Shown here: positions 7,220-16,686 of the stretch, in pieces
Layout: each line of letters begins with the position of its first letter
Position numbering within the stretch: position 1 is the stretch's first letter
Origin: a bacterium
GTDB lineage: Bacteria > SZUA-182 > DTGQ01 > JAFGSM01
Length of the DNA: 18,186 nt
Assembly: GCA_049472355.1 (NCBI GenBank)
Contig: JBLIRP010000074.1
Span: 1 to 18,186 of the forward strand
Reading direction: 5' to 3'
Notes under the pieces: generated by a model
What the model saw: the letters and a program-made list of their open reading frames with translations, nothing else
What the model was told of the DNA's origin: nothing
Databases searched by the model: none
Made by a program: the position numbers and the translations under genes

Positions 7220-7239
7220 AGTATTCTCCCTTCTTTTAA

Positions 7240-7317
7240 CTAAAAATCCTCTTTTTCAGGATTGTCCCTCTCTATCCCCAAAAGTTGCAAAAAGAAGTGG
7301 AACAAATCATATATCAA
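7240..7317 (-). CDS. Possible 25-aa small/leader ORF (MIYDLFHFFLQLLGIERDNPEKEDF)
   Basis: TTG 7317 preceded by a very strong SD-like GGGGAGGTGAT; stop ends 20 nt upstream of the Gly/Tyr-rich gene start. No family recognised. Confidence 0.3.
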   Translation of the reverse strand: MIYDLFHFFLQLLGIERDNPEKEDF

Positions 7318-7630
7318 GCAGTTACATCACCTCCCCTTGCGCCTCTCTTGCGATATCCTTTGAACCAGGATTATTGGCTTTTTATACGATCTTTCCTCAA
7401 TAGTTCTGTGATGGTTGAAGATCCAGTGATCAACGGGAAAGAACGAAGGTTATACTATCAATGAACGATTGCGAATAAGGGTAAAAATGTCAATGTGTTA
7501 CAGAAGATCAAACGAACGAGAACCGCTGGTGAAAAGCGAGTGAATACGCGTTTTTTTTGATTGTCGCACAATGCCCCGCTGTCAAGTCTTTGGAACAGGG
7601 ATTTTTAATATAAGATCTATATCTATTATA

Positions 7631-7659
7631 AGCATATCTTGTATGACAGTTCTTGTCAA
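7631..7659 (-). promoter_or_regulatory. Sigma70-type promoter with overlapping TGACA-N5-TGTCA palindrome
   Basis: Minus strand TTGACA (7659-7654), 17 nt, TATGCT (7636-7631); palindrome at 7644-7658. Confidence 0.5.
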
Positions 7660-8170
7660 ATGGAACGGACCTCACCATATCGGTTGGTTTAAGCATCTAC
7701 CGCGCCATATGTCTTTGCGGTATGATTGAATGGGGACCTGTATCGAGAATTTGAGGGCATTGATTATCGCGATATATCGAAGTCCTGTGAGCATAATCAT
7801 TGGAATAATGCAGGGCCTTCGAGGTCCAATGGATGCGGATTTCAGTCATGATCGACTGCCGAGCGAATATGCGCACGGCTTGATATGATGCAATGAAAAA
7901 AAATCCGTTATCTAAGGAGAACCATCCACATGCATGCTCACTGCGGGCTGCTCACGTGAAGCAGAGGCTCATCCCCGGATATGAACTCTTCACACGGATA
8001 TCCGCCATCCGTTCGATGAACGCCTCTCGATCATCACCGGTCCCTATGCATTCATGTCGCAGATCAGGAATCAGCAGATCAGGGATCGCTTTTATTTAAA
8101 GGCGGTTCTTGGTACACTAAGGATGGTTCATGCGCATATCGTACGGTATTGGACATCGAAGGGTATCACG

Positions 8171-9448
8171 ATGATTGACAAGGAAAAACCGATGGCATCG
8201 AGCGGCCTCACGGATGGCCCGTTTCGGCGGTCTCCGGACCGGCCGCAGGTGTATGTCTCAGCAGGGCAGGGGCCCTATGCAAACACCAGGGCGGTGCTGG
8301 CCCGGATGGACCTCTCCCCTGCCCGGGGCAAACGGGTCCTGCTCAAGCCCAATGCCGGACGGGTCGCGCCCCCCGGCTCGGGGATCACCACCCATCCCCG
8401 GGTGATCGCCGCTGCCATGGATGCGTTCATGGAGGCAGGGGCTGAGGTGGCGGTGGGGGAGAGCCCCATCGTGGGGGTAAGGGCGCTCGATGCATTCGAT
8501 TGCATGGGGCTCACCCGGATCGCGCGCGAGCGCGGGTGCCGTGTCATTGACCTGGATGTGCATCACTTTGTGGGGGTGCGTATTCCGGACGGACGCGCCA
8601 TCAAGTCCCTCAAGGTCTGCCCGGAGGTGCTCGAATACGATATCGTGGTGTCCGTGCCGGTCATGAAGATGCACATGCACACCGGGGTGACCCTTGCCGT
8701 GAAGAACATGAAGGGGTGCCTGTGGCGCCGGAGCAAGGTTCAACTCCACATGTTGCCCCCGGTGGAGGGGTGTGACGACAAGCCGATCGATGTCGCGATC
8801 GCCGACATGTCCTCAGTGCTTCGGCCGCACCTTGCGATCATCGACGGCACCGTGGGCATGGAGGGGCTCGGCCCGAGCGCCGGCAAGGCCAAGCCCTTCG
8901 ATGTGATCGTGGCAGGGGCGGACGCCTATGCGGCGGATGCAATAGCGTGCAGGTTGATGGGCACGCAGGCGGAAAGGATACCGCACCTTCGCATCGGCGC
9001 GGGCCGCGGGTACGGGGTGATCGATCCCGGTGCCATCCTGGTCGTGCCGGGGGACTGGGGCCAATGGATCTCCCCGTTTTCACCGCCCCCCGAGCATCTT
9101 TCCATTGAATTCCCGGGCATCACCATCCTGGACAGGAATTCCTGCAGCGCATGCCAGTCGACACTCCTCTTGTTCCTGAAGCATTACGGGGACCGGCTTG
9201 CCGACTATTTCCCGCAGAACAGGGGCATATGCATCGCCATCGGCAATGGGCATGAGAGCCTGCCGGAGGGCACCCTGTGCATCGGGAACTGTACGATCCT
9301 TCACCGGGATTGCGGCATCTTCATACCCGGATGCCCCCCGGTGAGCAGCCAGATCCTGACCGCACTCTCGGGCAAGCCGTCGGTGGACCGTATCGACGGC
9401 CACATGGAGGGGCAGGATACCAAAAAGGGCCCCCCTGATGGAGACTAG
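8171..9448 (+). CDS. DUF362 domain protein with C-terminal Cys-rich (putative Fe-S) region
   Basis: RVLLKPN, TTHP, VGESP, VPVMKMH...VTLAVKNMKG, IIDGTVGMEGLGP; C-terminal CSAC...CIGNC...PGCPP. Start ATG 8171 (GAAGGG upstream) preferred over 8054. Confidence 0.85.
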   Translation: MIDKEKPMASSGLTDGPFRRSPDRPQVYVSAGQGPYANTRAVLARMDLSPARGKRVLLKPNAGRVAPPGSGITTHPRVIAAAMDAFMEAGAEVAVGESPIVGVRALDAFDCMGLTRIARERGCRVIDLDVHHFVGVRIPDGRAIKSLKVCPEVLEYDIVVSVPVMKMHMHTGVTLAVKNMKGCLWRRSKVQLHMLPPVEGCDDKPIDVAIADMSSVLRPHLAIIDGTVGMEGLGPSAGKAKPFDVIVAGADAYAADAIACRLMGTQAERIPHLRIGAGRGYGVIDPGAILVVPGDWGQWISPFSPPPEHLSIEFPGITILDRNSCSACQSTLLLFLKHYGDRLADYFPQNRGICIAIGNGHESLPEGTLCIGNCTILHRDCGIFIPGCPPVSSQILTALSGKPSVDRIDGHMEGQDTKKGPPDGD

Positions 9449-11015
9449 TGCATCGTCAGTGGAGGCGCTCGCCCGCGTCATGTTCGAGTCCATTGCCCGC
9501 GACTTCCCTGTTTCCTGCGCAAGCGATGAGTTTTACTATTTCCCTCAACTGCGTCTTTCCGATCCCGACTGGGAGGTCTGGGACCGCTTCTCCCCGCAGG
9601 GGGTGGGGGATCTCGCCAACCGGCTCTCAGCCTGGGAGGATGCGTTTGCCCGATGTGCCGCCGCTGGTTCTGTTGACGCGGATACCCGGATCGACCTGCA
9701 CCTTCTCACCGGTTTCGCCCGCACCCTCAGGGAGCAGGTATCCGAGGTCAGGACCTGGCAAACCCAGCCCACGGTTCCCCTCACCCTTGTCTGCATGGGG
9801 CTTGCCGAGGCCATGGCATCGGAAGACCCGGACGCCAAATACGCCAGGGCCAGGGGACTTCCCGCGTTTCTTGATCAGGCGGGGGAGAACCTCGTCGATG
9901 TGCCGGTGCACTTTCGCGACCTCGGCCTGGAGATGGTGGAGGACACCCGGAATTATCTCCTCTTCCTGAAGGGGATGATCCCCGAGATGGACCCGGCCAT
10001 CGAGGCCCTGGACCGATTCGGGCGTACGCTCAAGGGTGCGTCGACCCGCCAGGGGTTTCTCCTGCCCCCTGCCATGGTGGAGCGCATCATCCGCTTCCAC
10101 ATCCATTGCGACATGGACATGCAGGAGGTAGCCCGCACCCTCGATGAGGAAATCGAGGAGATGCGCCGGGTGCTGGAAGGGGAGGCCGGGCATCTCGTAC
10201 CGGAACCTCGGGGAGGTTCCGATCCCCTGTGGAGGGAGGTGCTGGACAGCATTCCAGGGCCTGAGATCGGAGAGGCCGGGGTGATCGGCCTCTATGGAGG
10301 TGAGGTACAAAGGCTTGCCGATCACTGCCGGGGGCATGGATTGATCCCGAAAGGCATGGGTTCATCCTGCCCGGTCCGTGTCCTGCCCATGCCGTCCTAT
10401 CTTTCGGCGATTCGCACCGCCCCCAGTTACAGCATATCCCCCGGTCATCCCCCTTCGCAGGGGATATTCTACATCTTCGAAGACCAGGGGACGGACGAGA
10501 CACGGCAAAGGTATCACCGTGAATACAGGATGCTCGCCGCCCATGAAACCTATCCCGGGCATCACCTCCTGGATGCCGCACGCTGGGGCCTGGTCCGGTC
10601 CTGCAGACGACCTGTTGAGCGGCCCATCTTCTATGAGGGGTGGGCATGTTTCGCCGAGGAGATCCTGAGACGAACCGGGTATTTTGCAGGGCCCGCGGAT
10701 CGATTCCTGCTTGCCAAGCGGAGGCTCTGGCGGGCCATCCGGGGAAAGGTGGACATCGGTCTTCAGACCGGGAGGATGGATATGGAGGCGGCTGCGCAAT
10801 GCCTCATGGAGACGGGGATCGGCAGGGAACAGGCCGTGTCGTCGGCTCGTCGCTACCCGTTGAACCCGGGATACCAGTTGTGCTACACCATGGGGTTGCA
10901 CAGGTTTCTCCACCTGTGTGACCGGTTTGGAGGCGGCGATATACGGGGATTTGCCGGGAGGGTTTTGACGCAGGGAGAGATCGGTTTTGACGACCTTGAC
11001 AGGATAGTCGCGTGA
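9438..11015 (+). CDS. DUF885 family protein (putative zinc metallopeptidase)
   Basis: AAHETYPGHHL and FYEGWACFAE motifs, RYPLNPGYQLCY; overlaps both neighbours or abuts them; 525 aa. Confidence 0.85.
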   Translation: METSASSVEALARVMFESIARDFPVSCASDEFYYFPQLRLSDPDWEVWDRFSPQGVGDLANRLSAWEDAFARCAAAGSVDADTRIDLHLLTGFARTLREQVSEVRTWQTQPTVPLTLVCMGLAEAMASEDPDAKYARARGLPAFLDQAGENLVDVPVHFRDLGLEMVEDTRNYLLFLKGMIPEMDPAIEALDRFGRTLKGASTRQGFLLPPAMVERIIRFHIHCDMDMQEVARTLDEEIEEMRRVLEGEAGHLVPEPRGGSDPLWREVLDSIPGPEIGEAGVIGLYGGEVQRLADHCRGHGLIPKGMGSSCPVRVLPMPSYLSAIRTAPSYSISPGHPPSQGIFYIFEDQGTDETRQRYHREYRMLAAHETYPGHHLLDAARWGLVRSCRRPVERPIFYEGWACFAEEILRRTGYFAGPADRFLLAKRRLWRAIRGKVDIGLQTGRMDMEAAAQCLMETGIGREQAVSSARRYPLNPGYQLCYTMGLHRFLHLCDRFGGGDIRGFAGRVLTQGEIGFDDLDRIVA

Positions 11016-11026
11016 AAGGGGACCTG

Positions 11027-12418
11027 ATGGCGGAGCGGTTTTGGGGATATCATTCGGAATGGAACCTGGGAAGCCCGGGTGGCTGGGACTATCAACGGAT
11101 CACCCAGACCATCGGCAAGGCGGTGTGGCAGCGACTCTTTCGAAAACGATCCATCGATATAGACCTTGACTTCGACCATCCCTTCCTCCATCCGGTGAAC
11201 GGGTTTGTGGCCATGCTGCAGGAGGCGCACCGGTCGCGGGAGGGCTCCGGCCCGGGCTTGATCGCCGTGGTCGCCGAACAGGAGACCCTGGAGGTGGTGG
11301 TGGAAAACAGCAACCTGGTGGCGCACCTTAACGCCGTGGAAGGGCTCTCCGGCGCACTCATGGCGCCGCACGAGCTCGAGCTTCGAAACGGGCGCGTCTG
11401 CTGGAAGGGACAGCCGGTATCCATTATCTTCATGGACTTCAATACGGACGTGCTCCTCGACCTGCACCGCAGGCACGACCTGACCCCCCTGCTCCAGGCC
11501 GTTGGCGAGGGGAGGGTCATCAACCCGCGGGGCACCGAGCCGATCAATGCCAAGAGCATGTTCGAGGTGATCACCGATCCTCGCAATGCCGGGCGTTTTC
11601 ACCAGGAGACCATTCAGCGGACCCCCTGGACGCGGCAGTTCTATCCCCGAAAGACCTTCGGACCTCAGGGGGAAGAGATCCCGGACCTGGTCGAATGGAC
11701 CCGTTCGCACTGGGAGGGGCTGGTGCTCAAGCCCGAGCGCGGCTATTCCGGCAAGGGGGTGTGCGTGGGGGGGATTCACCATGATATCGACGATATCATC
11801 GAACGGGCGCTCCGGAAGGGCGACTATATCGTCCAGGAAAAGATCCCCCTGCATCTGTGGTCGGAGATGCTGCCGGAGCTCGATATGGCGGCCCGGACCG
11901 TCACCGAGGTCTCCTTTCAGACGGATTTCCGCTGCCTTTTCGGTGGACACGGCCTGTTCGGCTTTCTCGGACGCTATGGAGGGGTGCCGACCAATGTGGG
12001 AAGCGGGGGCGGGGTGCAGCCCCTGGGGGTGCTTCGCTCCACCATGGATGTGGGTGAGGCAACGCAGCGGATCAACGACGCGATCCTTGCCATGGACTTC
12101 GGCGACGTGCTGGAGGCGGTGGAGCACCAGATGAAGATGTCCATGGATCATCGGTTCACCTATCTTCTGGGTCCCATCAAGATGGCCCTACGGCCTCGGT
12201 TGATCACCCCCGGTCAGATGGAGGCCCTGGAGGCCTACTGCGCGGGCATCTGGTCCGACTGCCTCACCATGGAGGGGATGTGGCTGTCCGGCGACCTGGG
12301 GGTCAACGTCACCATCGAGCCCGAGGAGATGGCGATCATTCGCTCCCAGTCCTGGGGAGGGTCGCCGGCCATCTTTGCCTCGGACGGGTTGTTCAGCTTC
12401 GGCGCGCACAGGAGATGA
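11027..12418 (+). CDS. ATP-grasp ligase related to circularly permuted / glutathionylspermidine-synthase-like families
   Basis: VINP...AKSMFEVI, PWTR, LVLKPERGYSGKGV, YIVQEKI, TNVGSGGG, N-terminal EWN-x-x-SPGG. Start ATG 11027 (SD AAGGGG) or GTG 11012. Confidence 0.8.
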   Translation: MAERFWGYHSEWNLGSPGGWDYQRITQTIGKAVWQRLFRKRSIDIDLDFDHPFLHPVNGFVAMLQEAHRSREGSGPGLIAVVAEQETLEVVVENSNLVAHLNAVEGLSGALMAPHELELRNGRVCWKGQPVSIIFMDFNTDVLLDLHRRHDLTPLLQAVGEGRVINPRGTEPINAKSMFEVITDPRNAGRFHQETIQRTPWTRQFYPRKTFGPQGEEIPDLVEWTRSHWEGLVLKPERGYSGKGVCVGGIHHDIDDIIERALRKGDYIVQEKIPLHLWSEMLPELDMAARTVTEVSFQTDFRCLFGGHGLFGFLGRYGGVPTNVGSGGGVQPLGVLRSTMDVGEATQRINDAILAMDFGDVLEAVEHQMKMSMDHRFTYLLGPIKMALRPRLITPGQMEALEAYCAGIWSDCLTMEGMWLSGDLGVNVTIEPEEMAIIRSQSWGGSPAIFASDGLFSFGAHRR

Positions 12419-12422
12419 ACGG

Positions 12423-13232
12423 ATGATGGCCATGCATGTTGATGAGGACTGGTGGAAGGGGCTTTTCGATGAGGTCTATCTCCTGACCGATGCACGGTCC
12501 GTGTGCAACGATGCACTGACCGCACAGGAGGTCGATTTCCTCATCCGGGTGCTGAGGCCGGAAAGGGACGCACCCATACTGGATCTGTGCGGAGGGCAGG
12601 GGAGGCATTCCCTCGAGCTGTCCAGGCGCGGGTTCATGAACGTCACCGTGCTCGATTATTCACGCTGCCTCGTGGACCTGGGGAAAAGGAGGGCCAGGCA
12701 GGAGAATCTCGAGACCCGTTTCATTCAGGCAGATGCGAGAAATACCGGTTTGTCCGCACAGAGCTTCCGGCACATCATCATCATGGCCAGTTCCTTCGGA
12801 TACTTCGTGAACGATGATGAAAACAGACGGCTCCTCACCGAGGCCTTTCGGCTGCTCGAGCCACAGGGATTGGTGCTGCTGGACCTTCCCGACCGGGACC
12901 ATGTGGTGCGAAACTTCAAGCCCTTTTCCAGCCACGAGGTCGACGCGGACATCACCGTCACCCGCGAGCGGATATTGGGGGACGACATCATCTACAGCCG
13001 GGAGATGGTCATGTCCGAGAGCAAGGGGTGCGTGCGCGCCACCACCTACTGCACCCGCCTGTACACCGAGCAGAGGATCTCGGCCCTGTTGCGCTCTGCA
13101 GGGTTTTCCTCGATAGAGTGCACCAAGGGCTTCATGAATCGCGCCCGCCAAGGGGACTTCGGCTGCATGACCAACCGGATGATCGTCACCGCACATAAGG
13201 ATAGCGATAGCAATAATGCGATCCTGCAATGA
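12423..13232 (+). CDS. Class I SAM-dependent methyltransferase
   Basis: Motif I ILDLCGGQGRH, VTVLDYS, FIQADAR, SSFGYF, LLEPQGLVLLD; SD AGGAG before ATG 12423; 269 aa. Confidence 0.9.
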   Translation: MMAMHVDEDWWKGLFDEVYLLTDARSVCNDALTAQEVDFLIRVLRPERDAPILDLCGGQGRHSLELSRRGFMNVTVLDYSRCLVDLGKRRARQENLETRFIQADARNTGLSAQSFRHIIIMASSFGYFVNDDENRRLLTEAFRLLEPQGLVLLDLPDRDHVVRNFKPFSSHEVDADITVTRERILGDDIIYSREMVMSESKGCVRATTYCTRLYTEQRISALLRSAGFSSIECTKGFMNRARQGDFGCMTNRMIVTAHKDSDSNNAILQ

Positions 13233-13476
13233 GATCTCTCGTTCACAACAAAGGATACACGTTTACAAAAACGAATAATTGGCTTTGGGTTTTTACGTGA
13301 AGATAAAACGGATCTAAATTTCAAGCGGTTCGACGGCATCAACAGACAGGTTTCAAACAAATCCCCCCGGATTGTCGATAAAAAATTATAAATTTATACC
13401 AACGTGTTCGAGCAGCGAGCGACCGTTTTTGTATCTGTGCAACGGTATGATATCTTTGCCTTTGGAGACGGCTTCC

Positions 13477-13965
13477 ATGAATCTTGTTTCATTGACGGTA
13501 AGCGGAATTATATGTGTCATGTCGATCTTTCTCATCTTTATGGTGTACTGTTTCATCACTACGCATTTTCGTCCGAAACGTGAGAGCACCCTACAAATCA
13601 CGCTGCAGGAGAAAGACTGGGCGGAACGGCGGCAGGATCCGAGGATCGGCATCCAATGGCCGGTCCGGATAGAGACCTCCGAGGGGACCATAGATGGAGT
13701 GACAAGGGATATCAGCCTTGGCGGGGCGTTCATCTGCTGCAAAGAGCCGCTCCCCTTGCGTGAAACCTTCAGCCTGATCCTTGCCTCACCCAACTTCAGT
13801 TGGTCATTGGAGGTCACCGGAGAGGTGGTATGGTCCAATGCCAATGTACCGGCTGACAAGGTCGTCAACAGGGGGATGGGCGTCCGGTTCATCCATGTCT
13901 CCGAGCAGACGCGAGTGCTTATCAACCAGGCGATCTCGGACAGCCTCCATGCCGTCCGTTTCTGA
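13477..13965 (+). CDS. Membrane-anchored PilZ domain protein (c-di-GMP receptor)
   Basis: N-terminal hydrophobic helix; ERRQDPR (RxxxR) and DISLGG (DxSxxG) motifs, GEVVW, GMGVRF; GGAG before ATG 13477. Confidence 0.85.
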   Translation: MNLVSLTVSGIICVMSIFLIFMVYCFITTHFRPKRESTLQITLQEKDWAERRQDPRIGIQWPVRIETSEGTIDGVTRDISLGGAFICCKEPLPLRETFSLILASPNFSWSLEVTGEVVWSNANVPADKVVNRGMGVRFIHVSEQTRVLINQAISDSLHAVRF

Positions 13966-13978
13966 ATGGAAAAGCACG

Positions 13979-13996
13979 CCCGGAAGGGGCTCCGGG
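13979..13996. terminator. Short hairpin between the convergent PilZ and speD genes
   Basis: CCCGGA-AGGGGC-TCCGGG; only a weak U-tract on the minus strand. Confidence 0.35.
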
Positions 13997-13999
13997 ACC

Positions 14000-14788
14000 T
14001 CAGGGAACCTCGGGGATGTTTCTTCCGTAGAAGATCTCGATCATCTCCTTGTTCAAAAGCTTCTTGAGCTTCTGCTCTTCACCGGGGGGCAGGTCCCTTT
14101 TCGACCTTCCGAACAGATAGTTGTCAAGGTCGAATTCCTTCAGAATCATCTTGGTATGGAAGATGTTCTCCTGATAGATATTCACATCAACCGCCTGGTA
14201 GTTCTTCAGGAGATCCTCTTTGATAAAGTTTTGGATCGAGTTGATCTTGTGATCAAGGAAAACCTTTCTTCCCCGGGCGTCCCGGGTGAATCCCCTGACC
14301 CGGTAATCCATGACGATGATATCCGATTCAAAGCTGGTGATGAGGAAGTCTAATGCATTCAACGGGGATATCCTTCCGCAGGTGGATACGTCGATATCCA
14401 CCCGAAAGGTGGTGGTCCCGCTTGCCGGGTGTTTCTCCGGATAGGTGTGGACGCTCAGGTGGCTTTTATCCAGGTGGGCGACGATACCCTCGGTGCACTC
14501 CTCCACACCCTTTCTTTCTTCCGCGATCAATACGGTGACGCTTGCGCCGCGGGGGATATAGTCCTGACTGGCGATATTGAGGATGTTCGCACCGATGATC
14601 TCTGAGACGCGCTTGAGGATGTCGGTCAGCCTGTCGGAGTTGTATTTGTCGTCGATATACTGGAGGTACCCGCTCTGTTCCTCGGGATTCATCGCATAGC
14701 AGACATCATAGATATTAAAGCTCAGCATCTTGGTAAGGTTGTTGAATCCGTAAAGTTTTAACCGTTTTTTGATCGGCTTGATGTTCAC
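14000..14788 (-). CDS. speD: S-adenosylmethionine decarboxylase proenzyme (E. coli-type)
   Basis: [19 protein letters not shown], AHLDKSH self-cleavage site, [32 protein letters not shown] start; 262 aa. Confidence 0.95.
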   Translation of the reverse strand: MNIKPIKKRLKLYGFNNLTKMLSFNIYDVCYAMNPEEQSGYLQYIDDKYNSDRLTDILKRVSEIIGANILNIASQDYIPRGASVTVLIAEERKGVEECTEGIVAHLDKSHLSVHTYPEKHPASGTTTFRVDIDVSTCGRISPLNALDFLITSFESDIIVMDYRVRGFTRDARGRKVFLDHKINSIQNFIKEDLLKNYQAVDVNIYQENIFHTKMILKEFDLDNYLFGRSKRDLPPGEEQKLKKLLNKEMIEIFYGRNIPEVP

Positions 14789-14915
14789 TGTTTACCCTTT
14801 TCTGCGACGCTGCAACCGGTTTCGCGACATCCTGGGCAGGGGCAGGATTTTCCCTTCTTCATATGTTCCATGCCTGCGGTTATGCCGGGTAAGAATTTGT
14901 TTTACAATTAAGGAA

Positions 14916-14944
14916 AGTATAATCACGGGGAGGGGCGTTGTCAA
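14916..14944 (-). promoter_or_regulatory. Sigma70-type promoter of speD
   Basis: Minus strand TTGACA (14944-14939), 17 nt, TATACT (14921-14916). Confidence 0.75.
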
Positions 14945-14956
14945 TGAAGGGATTTG

Positions 14957-15157
14957 GACCACGCCGGGGTCGAAATGCTTCCCCTTATCGTTCAGAATGA
15001 TCTCCACCGACCTTTCGTGGGTGAATGCCTTTTTATACGGCCGATCCGAGGTGAGTGCATCGTAGAAATCGGCAAGGGCCACGATACGCGCAGAAAGGGG
15101 GATCTCCTCCCCCTTCAGTCCGTTCGGATATCCGGAACCGTCCCATTTCTCATGATG
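14957..15157 (-). pseudogene. C-terminal fragment of an HD-GYP phosphodiesterase
   Basis: [45 protein letters not shown]...GKHFDPGVV; lacks the HD motif and a credible start; resemblance ends abruptly on both sides. Confidence 0.85.
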
Positions 15158-15167
15158 GGGCGCATGT

Positions 15168-15548
15168 TCAGGCTCCCCCCTGCAGGACCGCTTCGATCGT
15201 CGCAATTACCATGCATGGATTAAAGGGCTTTTCAAGGCATACCGTTATGCCGTATGCCTCCATAAGCGCCCGGTGATTCTCTTTGTTAAGGACGCCCGTC
15301 ATTGCGATAATGGGAATCGGTGCGGTTGAGGGGACCCGCCGCAGCGACTGGGCGATCTGGAATCCGCTCATGCCATCCATTTTCAAGTCGAGGAGTATCA
15401 CATCGGGCTTCAGTGAGAACACGGTATCCAGGGCGGAGGTGCTCTCACTGATCGCAATCGCCTCATATCCCTTTAATGAGAGTGCCTCTTGAAGCTCCTC
15501 TATCAGGTCCTTGTCATCATCCACGATCACTACCTTCTTGACGGACAT
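15168..15548 (-). CDS. Stand-alone response regulator receiver protein
   Basis: [21 protein letters not shown] (phospho-Asp), AMTG, EKPF; SD GGAGGAGG before ATG 15548; 126 aa. Confidence 0.92.
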   Translation of the reverse strand: MSVKKVVIVDDDKDLIEELQEALSLKGYEAIAISESTSALDTVFSLKPDVILLDLKMDGMSGFQIAQSLRRVPSTAPIPIIAMTGVLNKENHRALMEAYGITVCLEKPFNPCMVIATIEAVLQGGA

Positions 15549-16090
15549 TTTCCCTCCTCCGGGCACTGGAACAATCACGTGAAATAGCGGGCATCAATGG
15601 CCAGGCAAATGCCCTTTCCCGATATCGCCGGGTCTCCGGCATGTCGTCGAAATGCCCTCAAGTACACATCCACATCCAGTAGCACATGTCGTTATTCACA
15701 TCACTGCATTCATTATAATAAAAGTGGGGGCGGACCGCCATACCTGAACCCTATACTGCCTTGGTCGAACAGCCATCTTTGCATTATCGCGGGTTCTGCC
15801 GCCACATGCGCGTATCGTTGCATGATGATCTGTTACCTGCCCCTTTCGCTCCTTTTAATAGACGAAGTGGTTTTTCATTTTCCCCATGCGAGACCGCATC
15901 CCATTATTCTCCCTTGCGATCTGCGCGTTCCGGAGCGATGAAAAATAGGGTGGTGAATTGCACTATTTGGGCTTAAGCGATTAGTAGTGCGGTGGGTCGG
16001 TCGATGGATTCACAGGGAGGAACATCAGGACATATGAGGAAGGGGAGGGACAGAACAAAAAAGTGCACATATGGGCGAGATCGTTTCCCT

Positions 16091-16471
16091 TCATGTACTT
16101 CCCTGTAACACCCCCTCGATTGTGGCAATCACATCGCGAGGGTTGAAAGGCTTTTCAAGACAGATCTTCATACCGCAAAGATCCATGAGCGCCAGGTGCT
16201 TTTCCTTGTTAAAGAAGCCGGTCATTGCGATAATGGGGATATCGGCGGTTGATGAGAAGCGTTTGATATGTTCCGCCACATCGAATCCGCTCATGCCATC
16301 CATTTTTATATCGAGGAGGATCACATCCGGTTTTGTGGTATACGCGGCAAATGGAGCAATGGTGCTCCTGGAGATCGGGATTGTCTCATAACCATGAGAG
16401 GTGAGTGCGTCTTGAAGCTCTTCCAGAAAGTCCCGGTCATCATCCACAATCATGACCCGTGTGTTTGCCAT
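16091..16471 (-). CDS. Stand-alone response regulator receiver protein (paralog of 15168-15548)
   Basis: MIVDDD, PDVILLDIKMDGMSG, AMTG, EKPF; G-rich SD before ATG 16471; 126 aa. Confidence 0.92.
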   Translation of the reverse strand: MANTRVMIVDDDRDFLEELQDALTSHGYETIPISRSTIAPFAAYTTKPDVILLDIKMDGMSGFDVAEHIKRFSSTADIPIIAMTGFFNKEKHLALMDLCGMKICLEKPFNPRDVIATIEGVLQGST

Positions 16472-16686
16472 TGGCCCCCCCTTATGACTCATTGTGAATA
16501 CGTGTAATGATACGAACTCTCTCCGCTGTCTCGATAACAGAATCCTGCAACGGATGCACTTGCCGTCTCAGAAAGAACGAACCCTGATATGTTCCGGTGT
16601 CGAGAGAATTCCGCGGCATCCTCGTCAATGGTAACGAATACCGTGGATGCCGGACGCGATCATCAGGGCTCCCTGAATGCATGTTT

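Noticed and set aside
7955..8090. Minus-strand stretch AIPDLLIPDL...DDREAFIERM as a transposase or receiver remnant
   Set aside because: Too short, no start codon, resemblance too weak.
10883..12151. 422-aa minus-strand ORF
   Set aside because: Antisense shadow of the ATP-grasp gene.
14792..15205. 137-aa ORF as an intact HD-GYP gene
   Set aside because: Starts inside the regulator gene, lacks the HD motif, and its last ~55 codons run through the speD promoter with no domain resemblance.
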